A DNA stretch of 60,020 nt, taken from Octopus bimaculoides (taxonomy: Eukaryota). The DNA is taken from NCBI RefSeq assembly GCF_001194135.2, contig NC_068986.1:75085424-75145443 (forward strand), read 5' to 3'. The notes beneath the pieces were generated by a model. It saw only the letters and a list, made by a program, of their open reading frames with translations, ran no database searches and was not told where the DNA came from. Shown here piece by piece: positions 37,658 through 50,884 of the stretch; position 1 is the first letter of the stretch; each line of letters opens with the position of its first letter. Position numbers and translations under genes: made by a program.

Positions 37658-37801
37658 ATGGGCTCTGAATATTAAATATAAAGTATGCAATAATATTTCC
37701 CTCGACGTCAGTTTAGTCATTTGCTCATTTATAAGTGATTTTCACCACCAACGTTTTAAATAGTTGCATCGAACCACAATATATTGGCATACGTGCGAAC
37801 A

Positions 37802-38024
37802 TACGAGAGGGTGCTTAAAAGTACCTGGTTTGGGGTATAAAGAAAATACAGGAGGATTTATTAATTATGATTTTATTCAACATATTCTCCTGTCAGGTTC
37901 ACATACTAATTGCAACGGTCCTTCAGTTTTTCTAAGCCCTGTAAATAGAACACGGAAGGTGGGACTTCCAGCCAAGCCTTTTGCGATACTCTTAAAGCCA
38001 GGAACTTTTCATCATCGCTTCGTA
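37802..38024. mobile_element. Mariner-type MITE (TACGAG..TCGTA)
   Basis: TIRs TACGAGAGGGTGCTTAAAAGTACCTGGTTT / AAAGCCAGGAACTTTTCATCATCGCTTCGTA with TA ends. Confidence 0.8.
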
Positions 38025-38080
38025 TGTATACATACATACATACATACATACATACATACATACATACATACATGCATATA

Positions 38081-38298
38081 TACGAGGGTCTGCTGACGTT
38101 CCGGGCTCTGTTTAAAAGAAAATTATGATTTTATTCAACATATTTCCCTCTCAGATTCACACACTTATTGCAGCGATCCTTCAGGTTTTCTAAGCCTTGT
38201 AAAAGAACTCGGANNNNNNNNNNCTTCAGGTTTTCTAAGCCTTGTAAAAGAACTCGGAAGGTTGGACCTCCAGCCGGGACTTTCAGTAGCCCTTCATA
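38081..38298. mobile_element. Second copy of the mariner-type MITE
   Basis: Shares the internal ATTATGATTTTATTCAACATAT..TTTTCTAAGCC..GTAAA..GGAAGG; starts TACGAGGG. Confidence 0.75.
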
Positions 38299-39967
38299 CG
38301 TACATCTAAGTATGTACCTATGAACGCATGTAAGTATTTCTGTATGTCTGAACGCATGATGGACTCCCACGTCGATTTCAATGTACGAGGAACAAAGACT
38401 TCAGAAAAAATTTTGACCCAACAAAACAGCCGACACAGTTAATGTGTTTACAGTGGTGAAGGTTTGTCTTGGAGCTGCTGCACATTATAGAGAAACAAAT
38501 AGCAAAAAAAAAAAAACGATATGTACTTTATTCCGGAGTAACCTTCTCTAAAGGGCATGCTTCAAGGTGCCTGACTCCCTCTAGTTTTACGGCGTACCGT
38601 ATTCCAGCCCGGAAGCTATGTCCCCACGCAAGAGGTATATATATGTGTGTACAGATAAATTAGATAGGTAGACAGATATAGATAAATAATGGATTCAATA
38701 CATGTATAAATTCTTTCATAATATATATATTTTTTAATTGTAATTTCGAAATGTTGCCGATGTGGCATATTAAGTTTCGAAGTCACTTTCATGAAACTTT
38801 GTGTCTGTGTGTGTGTGTGGGTGTATCTGTGTTTGTGCGGGCGTACGTGTGTGTGTGTGTGTGTGCGTGTGTGTATGTATGGTTAGGGTATGTACATATT
38901 TTTGTGTGTGTATGTGTATGCGAGAGAGAGAAAAAGAGACAGACAGACAGAGAGACAGAGACAGAGAGAGACAGCAACAGAGAAAGGCACGCACCTACAC
39001 AGAGTTACCTGAGACCGCGTATTGAAGCTGAAGCTATTAAATCGTGGATCCAGCCATTCTAGCCATTTAAAACACACAAAAACTGTTAAAATCACTGTTG
39101 ATTTATTTTATGAGGTGCTAAAGTTTCCTTCGTGTTTGTTTCATTGTTTGGTGTGCTTGGCCGATTGTATCTCTATGCCTGTTCAATTTAGCACAAGCAA
39201 GCAATGTCTTACAGCCGTATTGGTAGGACAAGTACTTTGGAAAACTGTTTATTGTGCACAACAGAAAATCTTTCATAATCTGCTCCTAAACGATCATTAT
39301 CTACGCTCTCACAGTCTTAGTTTAGAACTCGCTGGCTCTTATCACATTTGCTGTATTCTCTACTGAAGGGCTGTGAGCGCATGATGTCATCTTCCATTGT
39401 CTGGCTATCGGTTTCGGATTTTCTATATGTTCGGTGCCTAGAAGTGCTATTTCGTGTATGATGTGTATATGTATAAATTCTGAGATTTTTATTTTGTTTT
39501 TGTAACTTTTCAAAATTATTTCCAACACAGCTTTTATTATGTAGATAACTTCATAGAATATAAAGTTTTCTAATTGAATTCATTGACGTTGCAAATTTGT
39601 CTTTTTAAAACTGAAAACATGGTTAACATTAGATAACAGAATAAAGAGAAAGGGAAAAATTAGTGGGTTTCCGTTGATATGAACTAAAATAGGCTAGTTA
39701 CCAAACTAATTTACAACTCGCAGACTATAAACCTTATCTTTCGTACGTGTTTATCCTATACCTCTTAGCCAGACACGATAACTGTCGAGGAAAGAAACTC
39801 AGCATCTCTGATCAGGGAGGTGTGTTGTCTAACGGAACTTGGCACTTAATACACGTTCAGTAAGGTTAGTCGAGAGACAAATTTTCACAGGAGAGGACCC
39901 TTGTCTTCTATTGATTGTAACTTTCTCATATTTGTACAGTCTTCACCTTCGCCATACAGAGACGGAT

Positions 39968-40455
39968 AGTGAGGGCAGCGGACTCGCGGTCATAGGATCG
40001 CGGTTTCGATTCCCAGACCGGGTGTTGTGAGTTTTTATCGAGCGGAAAACACCTAAAGCTCCACGTGGCTCCGGCAGGGGATGGTGGCGAACCCTGCTGT
40101 ACTCTTCCACCACAACCTTCTCTCACTCTTACCTCCTGTTTCTGTTGTGCCTGTAATTCAAAGGGCCGGCCTTGTCACACTGTGTCACGCTGAATATCCC
40201 CGAGAACTACGTTAAGGGTACACGTGTCGGTGGAGTGCTNNNNNNNNNNTCTTACCTCCTGTTTCTGTTGTGCCTGTAATTCAAAGGGCCGGCCTTGTCA
40301 CACTGTGTCACGCTGAATATCCCCGAGAACTACGTTAAGGGTACACGTGTCGGTGGAGTGCTCAGCCACTTGCACGTTAATTTCACGAGCCGGCTGTTCC
40401 GTTGATCGGATCAACTGGAACTCTCGACGTTGTAAGCGACGGAATGCCAAAAACA
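39968..40455 (+). mobile_element. SINE family D (5'-clipped; internal duplication across a 10-N gap)
   Basis: GGGCAGCGGACTCGCGGTCATAGGATCGCGGTTTCGATTCCCAGACC..GGATCAACTGGAAC..GACGGAATGCCAAAAA. Confidence 0.9.
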
Positions 40456-40969
40456 GAGACGAATAGTGTAAAATTTTAAAAATAGTAAAAGATGGGGTTT
40501 TTCTTAAACACAATGAGTGCAGTCGATGGAAGGTCATGTTCTGTGTGTTGGTAACTCAAGTACTTAGACACTTCATCGATAATAAATTAAAGCCTTAAAA
40601 CTCATTCGAACGAGTGCTTCGGTTTGCTGAACAGTGCAAAAAAAGAAAATGCAGAAAGACATGAAGCCATCAGTTACTTGGCAGTAGCCATAGTCCGAAA
40701 TCAATGCCTGTAACAGAAGTAAGAATCATGCTACAAAAGTGAACTGAGGTCATAGGTCTGCGACCTAAATATTTGTTATCACGTTATTGTAATGTGAAGC
40801 AGCTTCAGTGTTTGAAGATTAACACGTTGATTAGAAATTCAGACTTGACTAGTCGCCTTCAATTGTATAAAATTGACGACAAAACTCTTCTACTGCAATA
40901 TAATGATATAATGGTCTAATGACTTTGAATTAACTCGCTGCAAGGATTTCACAAAACTCTCCCCGCCAC

Positions 40970-41579
40970 TCTCTCTCTCTCTCCGTCCGTCTTTCTCTTA
41001 CACATACATTCTTTCACACACACGTCTGTTCACATACACTGATTTTCTTCTCCTTCTCGCTTTCTCTCCCTCTACCTCTCCCTCTCCCCTCTCTCTCTTT
41101 CGCTTACAGCACAAACACATTCTCTGTCTGTCTGTCAATCTGTTTTTTTTCTCTTTCTCTCTCTCTCTTTCTTTCACTCTGACACACGCGCGCGCACAAC
41201 ACACATAAACACACACACACACACACACATACACACAGATACTTAAACATACTCATGCATTCATTTACACACACTCTCTCCTTCTTTTTCTTCTTTTTCT
41301 TCTTCTTCTTCACTCTCTCTCTCTCTTTCTTATACACGCACACGGTATCTCTCTCTCTTTCTTATACACGGACACACTTTCTCTCTCTCTCTCTTTCTCT
41401 CTCTCTTACCTATTCACACAAACTATTTTCTTCCTCTGTCTTTTAATCACGACACACATTCCCCGTCTATCTGTCTGTCATCCCCCTCTCCCACTCACTC
41501 ATTCAAACACACATATTCATTTACACACTCACACACTCGCTCTCGCACCTTCTTCTTTTTCCTCCCTTGCCTCACCTCC

Positions 41580-41650
<71 letters not shown>
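40970..41650. repeat. (CT)n/(CA)n microsatellite field
   Basis: Seen directly. Confidence 0.9.
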
Positions 41651-42159
41651 CCTAGTTGTTTATCTCTCTATTCTAGTCACACAAGACAACTTGTTGTTTA
41701 TTGTTCAGTTAGTTATTCCATAACCCCTATCTCTTTCAGTCATTTCCCTGCGCACATTAGTTACGCCGCCGCCGCCGCCGCCACTCTCTCATACCATGTC
41801 TCATTGCTGAAACCGTGTGTTTATTTATTGGGCCATTTATATCTAATCCTTTTCAACAGAAGAATCTGCAGAACATCACTGCCACTTACAAGAATATGGT
41901 TTGACGTTATTTTCACCTGATTCCACAATGTCGATCTGACGGCAGAATGAGCTGGTAATGTTATCACAAACGACATAAATATTGCTGATTTATGTTGAGC
42001 AAGAATCGATTGAATATCATTACCATTTCAGTATGGTACTATGGCATTGTTGCAATGTCAAAGAGGAGGTCATTGCGTCTGTTAAATTTCTCCACTAGTC
42101 GGCATTACTCAGTTCTCACAATTGCTGTTCTATGGATATTAGTCGGCACATTTCTCCAT

Positions 42160-42408
42160 TTGCCGCCTCGGATTTATGCAGTTGAAATTAAATCGGGGAT
42201 AACGCAACTCTTCTTCAGTATTCGCAACGCTTCTTTAAATCCTAGATGGCACAGTGTTTTCATGTGTCGCCTCGGATTTACGCAGTCGAAAGTAAATAGT
42301 GGATAATGCAACTCTTCCTAGGTGTCACATTATTTTCATGTGCCACTTAGGGTTTATGTATCGAAATTAAATCGTGGATTACGCAACTCTTCTTCGGTAT
42401 TCGCAATT
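42160..42408. repeat. Three imperfect copies of a ~60-70-bp minisatellite unit
   Basis: GCCTCGGATTTA(T/C)GCAGT(T/C)GAAA(T/G)TAAAT..GGATAA(C/T)GCAACTCTTC at about 42163, 42266 and 42341. Confidence 0.75.
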
Positions 42409-42433
42409 TTTCGTCCTGAACATTTTTCTTCTT

Positions 42434-42652
42434 CTTTTTTTATTTTTTATTTGTTTCAGTCATTAGACTGTGGCCATGCTGGGGCGCTGCCTCGAAGAAT
42501 CTTCTTTGAGTCGAATGTATCGACCCAGTGCTTACTTATATTTAAGTCTGGTACAGGTCACTTTTCCTGAACCGTTAAGTTACGGGGATATAAACGTACC
42601 AGCAGCGGTTGTCAAGCAATGGTGGTGGTTAAACAGAAGCACNNNNNNNNNN

Positions 42653-42699
<47 letters not shown>

Positions 42700-43875
42700 A
42701 AATGGGACCAATATATTCAGACATGGAAACATGGATAGGTGATACAAAAAAGGGACAAAGAAACATCCAGATAGACGATACAAAGAAATCAACAAGGACG
42801 GGTCATTCGGAGTTTTCTCTCCTCAGTCGAGTTCCAGGTAATCTTTGCCATTTCGGCTGGTTATACTCGAGATTGCTCCAATCTGGCCAGCCCCAAGGGA
42901 AAACTAAGCTAAGAGCATTAGATTCCTTGGAAGAAAGCAGTAAATGTATACGAAAACAAAGACGGAAAACAACGGAGAATGATACACAAACACAAATAAC
43001 AGGTGTCTTTCGACTAAGGACGAATTGAATTAAGCTGGCGTGTGTGGAAATAAAGCCTTGCGGCAAGAATACAAGATTTGACAGGCACAGGGAGGAATAT
43101 AGATGTTGCACCGATGGCAGTCGAACCAAGAAAGAAAAGTCAGGCTAGGCCGAACAACTCCGTGATTCTTCTGTCCCTCTACCTCTACCTCTCTCTCTTC
43201 TCTTCCTACGTGACCGACGTTCGGCCAAGTCTGATCTTTCTGTCTTGGTTCGGCCGTCGTGCGTGCAACATCTATATTCCTCCCTGTGCCTGTGAAACGT
43301 TATATCACTGCTGTAAGGCTTTATTTCCACACACGCCAGCTTAATTTAATTCATCCTTAGTCGAAAAACACCTGTTGTTATGTCCTGTTATTTGTATTTG
43401 TGTAACATTCTCTGTTTTTTTTTTCGTCCTTGATTTCGTATACATTCGCTGCTTTCTTTCAAGGAATCTAATGCTCTTAGCTTAGTTTTTCCTTGGGGCT
43501 AGCCAGATTGGAACAATCTCGAGTATAACCAGCCGAAATTGCAAAGATAATCTGGAACTCGACTGAGGAAAGAAAACTCCGAATGACCCGTCCTTGTTTT
43601 CTTTGTATCGTTTATCTGGATGTTTTGCTCTCACTTTTTTGTATCACCTGTCTGGGTGTTTTGCGTTCCCCTTCCNNNNNNNNNNATATATATACACATA
43701 TATATATATATACGACAGGCTTCTTTTAGTTTCTGTTGCCAAATTCATTCACTAAGCTTTGATCAGCCCGAGGCTATAGTAGAAGACACTTGCCCAAGTT
43801 ATTACGCAGTGGGACTGAACCCGGAACCATATGGCTGGAAAGCAAGCTTCTTACCACACAGTACCACCTGCACCT
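42434..43875 (-). mobile_element. SINE family B split in its internal (TA)n by a ~1-kb insertion
   Basis: Tail at 42434-42640; body and head at 43712-43875 (CGACAGGCTTCTTT..GCAAGCTTCTTACCACACAG..ACCTGCACCT). Confidence 0.85.
42698..43675. mobile_element. Foldback/palindromic element with ~420-bp arms (42738-43155 / 43219-43648) and a 63-bp CT-rich spacer
   Basis: Example pair: GGTTATACTCGAGATTGCTCCAATCTGGCCAGCCCCAAGG versus CCTTGGGGCTAGCCAGATTGGAACAATCTCGAGTATAACC. Flanked by (TA)n on both sides. Confidence 0.88.
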
Positions 43876-43919
43876 CTAATTTTAATAAAATAATACACGC
43901 AACTCTACTACTGCTAGTT

Positions 43920-43952
<33 letters not shown>

Positions 43953-44340
43953 ATTCATAGAACGTCTACCACGCATCAGTTGACAGCTTAAATCATTGTG
44001 AAGATGAAGAAGTCACCCTGTCTTAACAGGCAAGTTAAGATTCAGTTATAATGAGAGGCTTCTACGCAGTCGCCCCACTTGCTATGAAAATACCGTAGAC
44101 AAAAAAAAAACAATTCTTCAAATCAAAATCACATCATGTTTAATCATGTAGTACATACGCTACGTCTGAAATAAAGATGAGACGGCCACAACTAGAACAC
44201 CACTGTCATTACGTCTACTTGATCAATGCTAACTTAATTGGTAAACTAGAACAAAAATCAACACCAACAGACTTTCACCTAAAAGCAAATTACTAATGCA
44301 AAATTCCATATATTTTCATAACACGAAAGAAAAAAAAGGC

Positions 44341-44722
44341 TGTCTGTCAGGTAAGAAGCTTGCTTTCTGACCACATGGTTCCGGGTCCAGTCCCACTGCG
44401 TGGCACCTTGGCCAAATGTCTTCTACTATAGCCTCGGGCCGACCAGATCCTTGTGAGTGGATTTGCTAGACGGAAACTGAAAGAAGCCCGTCGTATGTAC
44501 ATGTATATATGTATGTGTGTGTATATGTTTGTGTGTCTCTGTGTTTGTCCCCTCAACATCGCTTGACAATCGATGCTGGTGTGTTTACGCCACCGTAACT
44601 TAGCGGTTCCGCAAAAGAGACCGATAGAATAAGCACTAGGTTACAAAGAATAAGTCCTGGGCTCGATTTGCTCGACTAAAGGCGGTACTTCAGCATGGAC
44701 GCAGTCAAATGACAAGTAGAAT
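44341..44722 (+). mobile_element. Full SINE family B
   Basis: Same head, body, microsatellite and tail as 30955-31429. Confidence 0.9.
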
Positions 44723-44728
44723 AATATG

Positions 44729-44765
<37 letters not shown>

Positions 44766-44989
44766 ATATGTATACATATATATACGCGCGCGCGCAAACA
44801 CATACACACGGGGGTGAGCATATAATTTCAAATCAAGGTGAAAAGAATGGTACACGAATACCGGAGGTAGAGTAATATACTTTTATTATTACAAGGCTGT
44901 TACTCAAAGTTTCACGTTGTCTGACAAACAGGAACGGGAAATTCTGAGTAGCAGTCTTGTGATAATTTTGTAGCTTGAATAAAAGTGCT

Positions 44990-45150
44990 TAACAACCGGT
45001 GTTGGTGTGTTTGCGTCCTCATGACGTAGTGGTTCGGCAAAAGTGCGGTAGAATAAGTACCAGGCTTGAAAAAATTTCCGGTGTCGATTTGTCTGGCTAA
45101 AACCCTTCATGGCCCGCCATCAAATGTCTGAAACAAATACAGAGAAAAAA
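44990..45150 (+). mobile_element. B-type SINE tail fragment
   Basis: ACAACCGGTGTTGGTGTGTTT..GGTTCGGCAAAAG..AGAATAAGTACCAGGCTT. Confidence 0.7.
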
Positions 45151-45709
45151 AAGAACTCATTAATTTAAGTTTACAGGAATATTATTTTTAGCAGTAATTA
45201 CATTTTAAACATATTTTAGCGAGTTGTTGCAAAGAAATTTTAAAAGAGTTCACACTGTAAAGCTATATCTGCCATTATATAACAAACTGAAAGATTTTTT
45301 GACCTGTACAACTATATCTTTCTACATGGAACAGACTGAAAGCCTTCTCACCGCCAAGAATACAGATCTTTCTCCATCTATGTCTATAGAACACACTGTA
45401 AAATGTTTCACCTATACAACTACAGCTTCCAGTATGGAACAGACTGATAACATCAAATTTGATGTATATAATCCGATAGATCCAGCATCTCACATCAGAA
45501 TCGACACTTCAATCTGAACACATCAAATTCAAAGCAACAATTGTATTCTTCCTGTCAGACTTGTGACACAACACTTGGCATTTCTGATTTGATAAACTAA
45601 TCCCATTATATACGTCTGGGGATACAAACACACATAGATTGTATTTACTTTGATAGTAGATTATGTGTATATTCTTATGTGGGTTTGTGTGTGTGAATAC
45701 GCGTGAATC

Positions 45710-45752
<43 letters not shown>

Positions 45753-46196
45753 TTCTCTCNNNNNNNNNNNNNNNNNNNNNNNNNNNNNNNNNNNNNNNNN
45801 NNNNNNNNNNNNNNNNNNNNNNNNNNNNNNNNNNNNNNNNNNNNNNNNNNNNNNNNNNNNNNNNNNNNNNNNNNNNNNNNNNNNNNNNNNNNNNNNNNNN
45901 NNNNNNNNNNNNNNNNNNNNNNNNNNNNNNNNNNNNNNNNNNNNNNNNNNNNNNNNNNNNNNNNNNNNNNNNNNNNNNNNNNNNNNNNNNNNNNNNNNNN
46001 NNNNNNNNNNNNNNNNNNNNNNNNNNNNNNNNNNNNNNNNNNNNNNNNNNNNNNNNNNNNNNNNNNNNNNNNNNNNNNNNNNNNNNNNNNNNNNNNNNNN
46101 NNNNNNNNNNNNNNNNNNNNNNNNNNNNNNNNNNNNNNNNNNNNNNNNNNNNNNNNNNNNNNNNNNNNNNNNNNNNNNTATATATATATATATATC

Positions 46197-46462
46197 GTAG
46201 CACTCCGTCGGTTATAACGACGTGGGGTCTAGTTGAGCCGATCAACGGAACAGCCTGCTCGTGAAATTAACGTGGAAGTGGCTGAACACTCCACAGATAC
46301 GTGTACCCTTAACGTAGTTTTCGAGGAGATTCAGCATGACACAGAGTGTGATAAGGTTGGCCCTTTGAAATACAGGTACAACAGAAGCAGGAAGAAAGAG
46401 TGAGAGAAAGTTGTAGTGAAAGAGTACAGCAGCGTTCGCCACTACCCCCTGTCGGAGTATTA
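46197..46462 (-). mobile_element. SINE family D, 5'-truncated
   Basis: GCACTCCGTCG..GATCAACGGAACAGCCTGCTCGTGAAATTAACG..AAAGAGTACAGCAG. Confidence 0.9.
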
Positions 46463-47613
46463 GGAGTTCAATAAAATTCATGTTTGTCTAGTAACTCCTA
46501 ATACTTTTTCTTGAATACTCTTTTCTAAACTGTTTTTGTAACATTTTCTTATTATTATCAAAGAATGTATATATGTATTTTAATACTTCTGTGACAACCA
46601 GTACTTAACACAACAAAACTTATACAAACCTTTACATTTTACTTTTGACAATCTGTTTTCTAAAAAAGTAAAACCGGTAAAGTGAATAAACATCTTTAAA
46701 ATTGCATTTTCAAACCTTNNNNNNNNNNNNNNNNNNNNNNNNNNNNNNNNNNNNNNNNNNNNNNNNNNNNNNNNNNNNNNNNNNNNNNNNNNNNNNNNNN
46801 NNNNNNNNNNNNNNNNNNNNNNNNNNNNNNNNNNNNNNNNNNNNNNNNNNNNNNNNNNNNNNNNNNNNNNNNNNNNNNNNNNNNNNNNNNNNNNNNNNNN
46901 NNNNNNNNNNNNNNNNNNNNNNNNNNNNNNNNNNNNNNNNNNNNNNNNNNNNNNNNNNNNNNNNNNNNNNNNNNNNNNNNNNNNNNNNNNNNNNNNNNNN
47001 NNNNNNNNNNNNNNNNNNNNNNNNNNNNNNNNNNNNNNNNNNNNNNNNNNNNNNNNNNNNNNNNNNNNNNNNNNNNNNNNNNNNNNNNNNNNNNNNNNNN
47101 NNNNNNNNNNNNNNNNNNNNNNNNNNNNNNNNNNNNNNNNNNNNNNNNNNNNNNNNNNNNNNNNNNNNNNNNNNNNNNNNNNNNNNNNNNNNNNNNNNNN
47201 NNNNNNNNNNNNNNNNNNNNNNNNNNNNNNNNNNNNNNNNNNNNNNNNNNNNNNNNNNNNNNNNNNNNNNNNNNNNNNNNNNNNNNNNNNNNNNNNNNNN
47301 NNNNNNNNNNNNNNNNNNNNNNNNNNNNNNNNNNNNNNNNNNNNNNNNNNNNNNNNNNNNNNNNNNNNNNNNNNNNNNNNNNNNNNNNNNNNNNNNNNNN
47401 NNNNNNNNNNNNNNNNNNNNNNNNNNNNNNNNNNNNNNNNNNNNNNNNNNNNNNNNNNNNNNNNNNNNNNTAACATGAAATAACTTGCGATGTACGTTTT
47501 TTTGTTAAGAAGACTAAGAGAAAAAGATGTTTTATATGACACATTCTACCAGTGTCCCAAGTTTCAAAGTGTTTCGTTAAGAAAATACTGGTGCCCCCGG
47601 TTTGAACAAGATC

Positions 47614-47654
<41 letters not shown>

Positions 47655-48473
47655 AATAAGCGCACACTGCCTAAATAAATATTGGGATAGTTACGACTAG
47701 AATGTCTTTGCTCACAGGATTGTTCAATGAGGGTAGACTTATGTTTAAATAACAATTACAAAATGAACATCAGAAAAAGAAAGCAACGGCAGTAATACAA
47801 TAGTGATAGCAGCAACTATTGAGTAACACATGCTTGAAGACAAATATGATGCGTAAGGTGAAGAGCAATTTCAGAAGGAATTAGTTTTGACCTCATCACA
47901 AGATCAAAGAAGCTACATCGCATACAATAATATATTGTCCACCATACATTTTAATCATGCTCCACCACGAACAAAAAGCTGCCAAACTTTGCTCGTGGAA
48001 GGAAGTTGCTGGAATGAACTCCACACAAGATTTTCAAAGGACTATTCGAAAAGAAAACCACGATATGATATAGTTGCAAGAATCCAGGATAGATGCAAAC
48101 AAGAAATAGACTTTGAGATAGCACTTAATTTCATTGAAATCAGTTTTAATAATAACAACAAACGATTGAATGTGTTATTGTGATCCAATTTCAAAACTAA
48201 ATTTAGTAGTGACGTAAAAATGCTCAACAGTAATGTGTTGTATTAGTACTTGCACAAGGAAAATATTTCAAAGTCTCACAATAATAAGGCTTGCATCTTA
48301 AAAGTATGCCAGGTACATATTGGCCATCGTGATAAATTTCAGTGGTGGTGGACAATCATAAGTAAATATGTCGATTAACTTCTACGAAAACCGCCTTTGA
48401 AACGAAGGTAACATGATAATAGATTCACCTTGGATTTTCTTCTGATGAATAGTTCAGTGGTCATAAAACTGGT

Positions 48474-48780
48474 ACTTCGTCGGTTACGAGTTGATCCGAC
48501 CCACGGTACAGCCAGCGCTGAGAAAATTAACGTGGAAGTGGCTGAACACTCCACCGACGCGCGTCCCCTTAACGTAGTTCTCAGGGAGATTCAGCATGAC
48601 ACGGAGTGTAACAAGGCTGGCCCTTTGAAATACAGGTCATTCTCACTTTTGTCAGCTGAGTGGACTGGAGCAACGTGGAATAAAGTGTCTTGCTCAAGGT
48701 CAGAACGCGCCGCCATGAATCAAACTCGTGACCTTACGATCGTGATCCGAATACCCTAACCACTAAGCCACAAGCCTTCA
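48474..48780 (-). mobile_element. SINE with E-type head and body and D-type tail
   Basis: D tail (AAATTAACGTGGAAGTGGCTGAACACTCC..CCCTTTGAAATACAGG) joined to CAGCTGAGTGGACTGGAGCAACGTG..TCTTGCTCAAGG..CCCTAACCACTAAGCC. Confidence 0.85.
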
Positions 48781-48895
48781 CTCTCAGTGACCATTATACC
48801 ATTTTAACGATGGCTAATTGAAAGGCTTCTAATATCGACTGCGCTAAAAATAATTTAACAATATTGTCAACAAGTGGAACAGTCAACGCGAGAAT

Positions 48896-49273
48896 TTTTT
48901 GTTGGCACTCCGTCGCTTACGACGTCGAGGGTTCCAGTGGATCCGATCAACGGAACAGCCAGCTCGTGAAATTAACGTGCAAGTGGCTGAGCACTCCACA
49001 GACAAGTGTACCCTTAACGTAGTTCTCGGGGATATTCAGCGTGACAAGGCTAACCCTTTGAATTACAGGCACAACAGAAACAATAAGTAGGAGTGAGAGA
49101 AAGTTGTGGTGAAAGAGTACAGCAGGGTTGGCCACCATCCCTTGCCGGAGCCTCGTGGAGATTTAGGTGTTTTCACTCAATAAAAAATATCACAACGCCT
49201 GGTCTGGGAATCGAAACCGCGATCCTATGACCGCGAGTCCGCTGCCCTAACCACTGGGCCATTGCGCCTCCAC
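48896..49273 (-). mobile_element. Full-length SINE family D with a 12-bp TSD
   Basis: TSD CAACGCGAGAAT at 48884-48895 and 49274-49285. tRNA-like head GGAGGCGCAATGGCCCAGTGGTTAGGGCAGCGGACTCGCGGTCATAGGATCGCGGTTTCGATTCCC. Confidence 0.93.
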
Positions 49274-49783
49274 CAACGCGAGAATAGAAATATGAAAAAG
49301 ATAAAATAATACCAAAGTTGGTCAATATTGTTTTCGTTCACAAGGATCTCGAGCCTTAATAGTAGAAAGGATTGTATAACGAAAACTCAGTATTCTATCA
49401 ATCTACAATGGACGACAATACTAGCTTGGGATCTCAACTTCAACTCTAACACGAAATATCACGATGTCGTGACAATGGTGCACGTGTCCAACAGTTTAGT
49501 CATAAGAAGAAGAGATGTATTGAAAAACGATCGCACAAACTGCAGTTATATGGAAGATCGGCATCTCTGCAGAAATACAATACTGAAGAATGAGAAGGTA
49601 CCGATTCATCAGTTCTGAGAGTGAGACGCAGAGGGAGGGCAGGAGACCTAAAGAAATGAAGGGGAGAGATTAAAAAGGAAATTAATTGATGGATTATAAC
49701 AGGTTCGTGAGAAAGATGTCGCTACCTGAGTGCTAGCAAAAGACAATGGATATCTGAATCAAGTAAAAGATGTGTGTGTGTGT

Positions 49784-49821
<38 letters not shown>

Positions 49822-49900
49822 ACGCGCGCGTTGTGTGTGTATGTGTACGTGCATAGGTATGTCTGTATGTATGTATGTATGTATGAATATATGTACGTTG

Positions 49901-50176
49901 TTATATTTCGTATTTTTTTCTTACCAAATAAACACACGCAATACATATTCGTTCTTCACTCGTTTATTGCTGTTCTTATTTCATCGTATGTCCATCCTCC
50001 AGGAGGATATATGTGCGATAGAAGAGTCGCTGAAGAGGTCATAGATGTATGACGAAAGATTTCCAGACATTGGGCATAGGATAAAATAAGAAGGACAATA
50101 AACGAGTGAAGAATGAATATATAGTGCGTTTGTTTACTTGGCAAGAATAAAAAAAAAAGACTATCCCGAAATATAA
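49901..50176. mobile_element. MITE-like element with ~95-105-bp imperfect terminal inverted repeats
   Basis: 49901-49994 versus the reverse complement of 50071-50176; both share TTCTTCACTCGTTTATTG and AAACA.ACGCA.TA.ATATTC. Confidence 0.75.
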
Positions 50177-50253
50177 TATCTATTTCAACACAGGATTTCA
50201 CATCAGGAATTTTGCAAAACAAATTCCTAAACGTAAAATATATGTACGTGTAT

Positions 50254-50368
<115 letters not shown>

Positions 50369-50884
50369 TGAATGTATGTATTCATATGTTTATGTATGTA
50401 AGTAAATGTACATATACATAGACATGTATCGTGCTCTAAAGCATTATACAGCATATCTATAGATTTTTAGAGAAAACTGTTATGCTATAACATGAACAAT
50501 TGCAGGCATTCCAAAGATACCTATTGATATACAGGTATATCAACATTACTCCTTGATTAATGAAAATGATCTCTACCTCGGGTAATTGAAACCATCCTTT
50601 TATGAGGAGAGAGGATCTTAAGAATTAACAGTTACTTAAGTTTACATGCCATTAAGGAAAAGACAGGCTTTTCGTCGGGAGATAGAAAGGCAATCATAAA
50701 AAATATGTTCCCGCCACAACAACCATTATTAGCGCAGCAATTGTATCATTCTTACTTTCTGTAGCCAAGGGGCTCAGACTTATACTAAAAGAGTACAACA
50801 TATTTATGGCCTGGTTTATTTGCATAATTGAAACAAAATTGAACCAAGAGAAATAAATTGGAGTGGCCAGTGGCATATGTATCT

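Noticed and set aside
47880-48165. 98-aa ORF, possible RTE 3' remnant
   Set aside because: No convincing motif could be matched by eye.
49180-49273. tRNA-like heads (here and at other SINE 5' ends) as tRNA genes
   Set aside because: They continue into repeated SINE bodies, lack proper acceptor stems, and here are bounded by a TSD.
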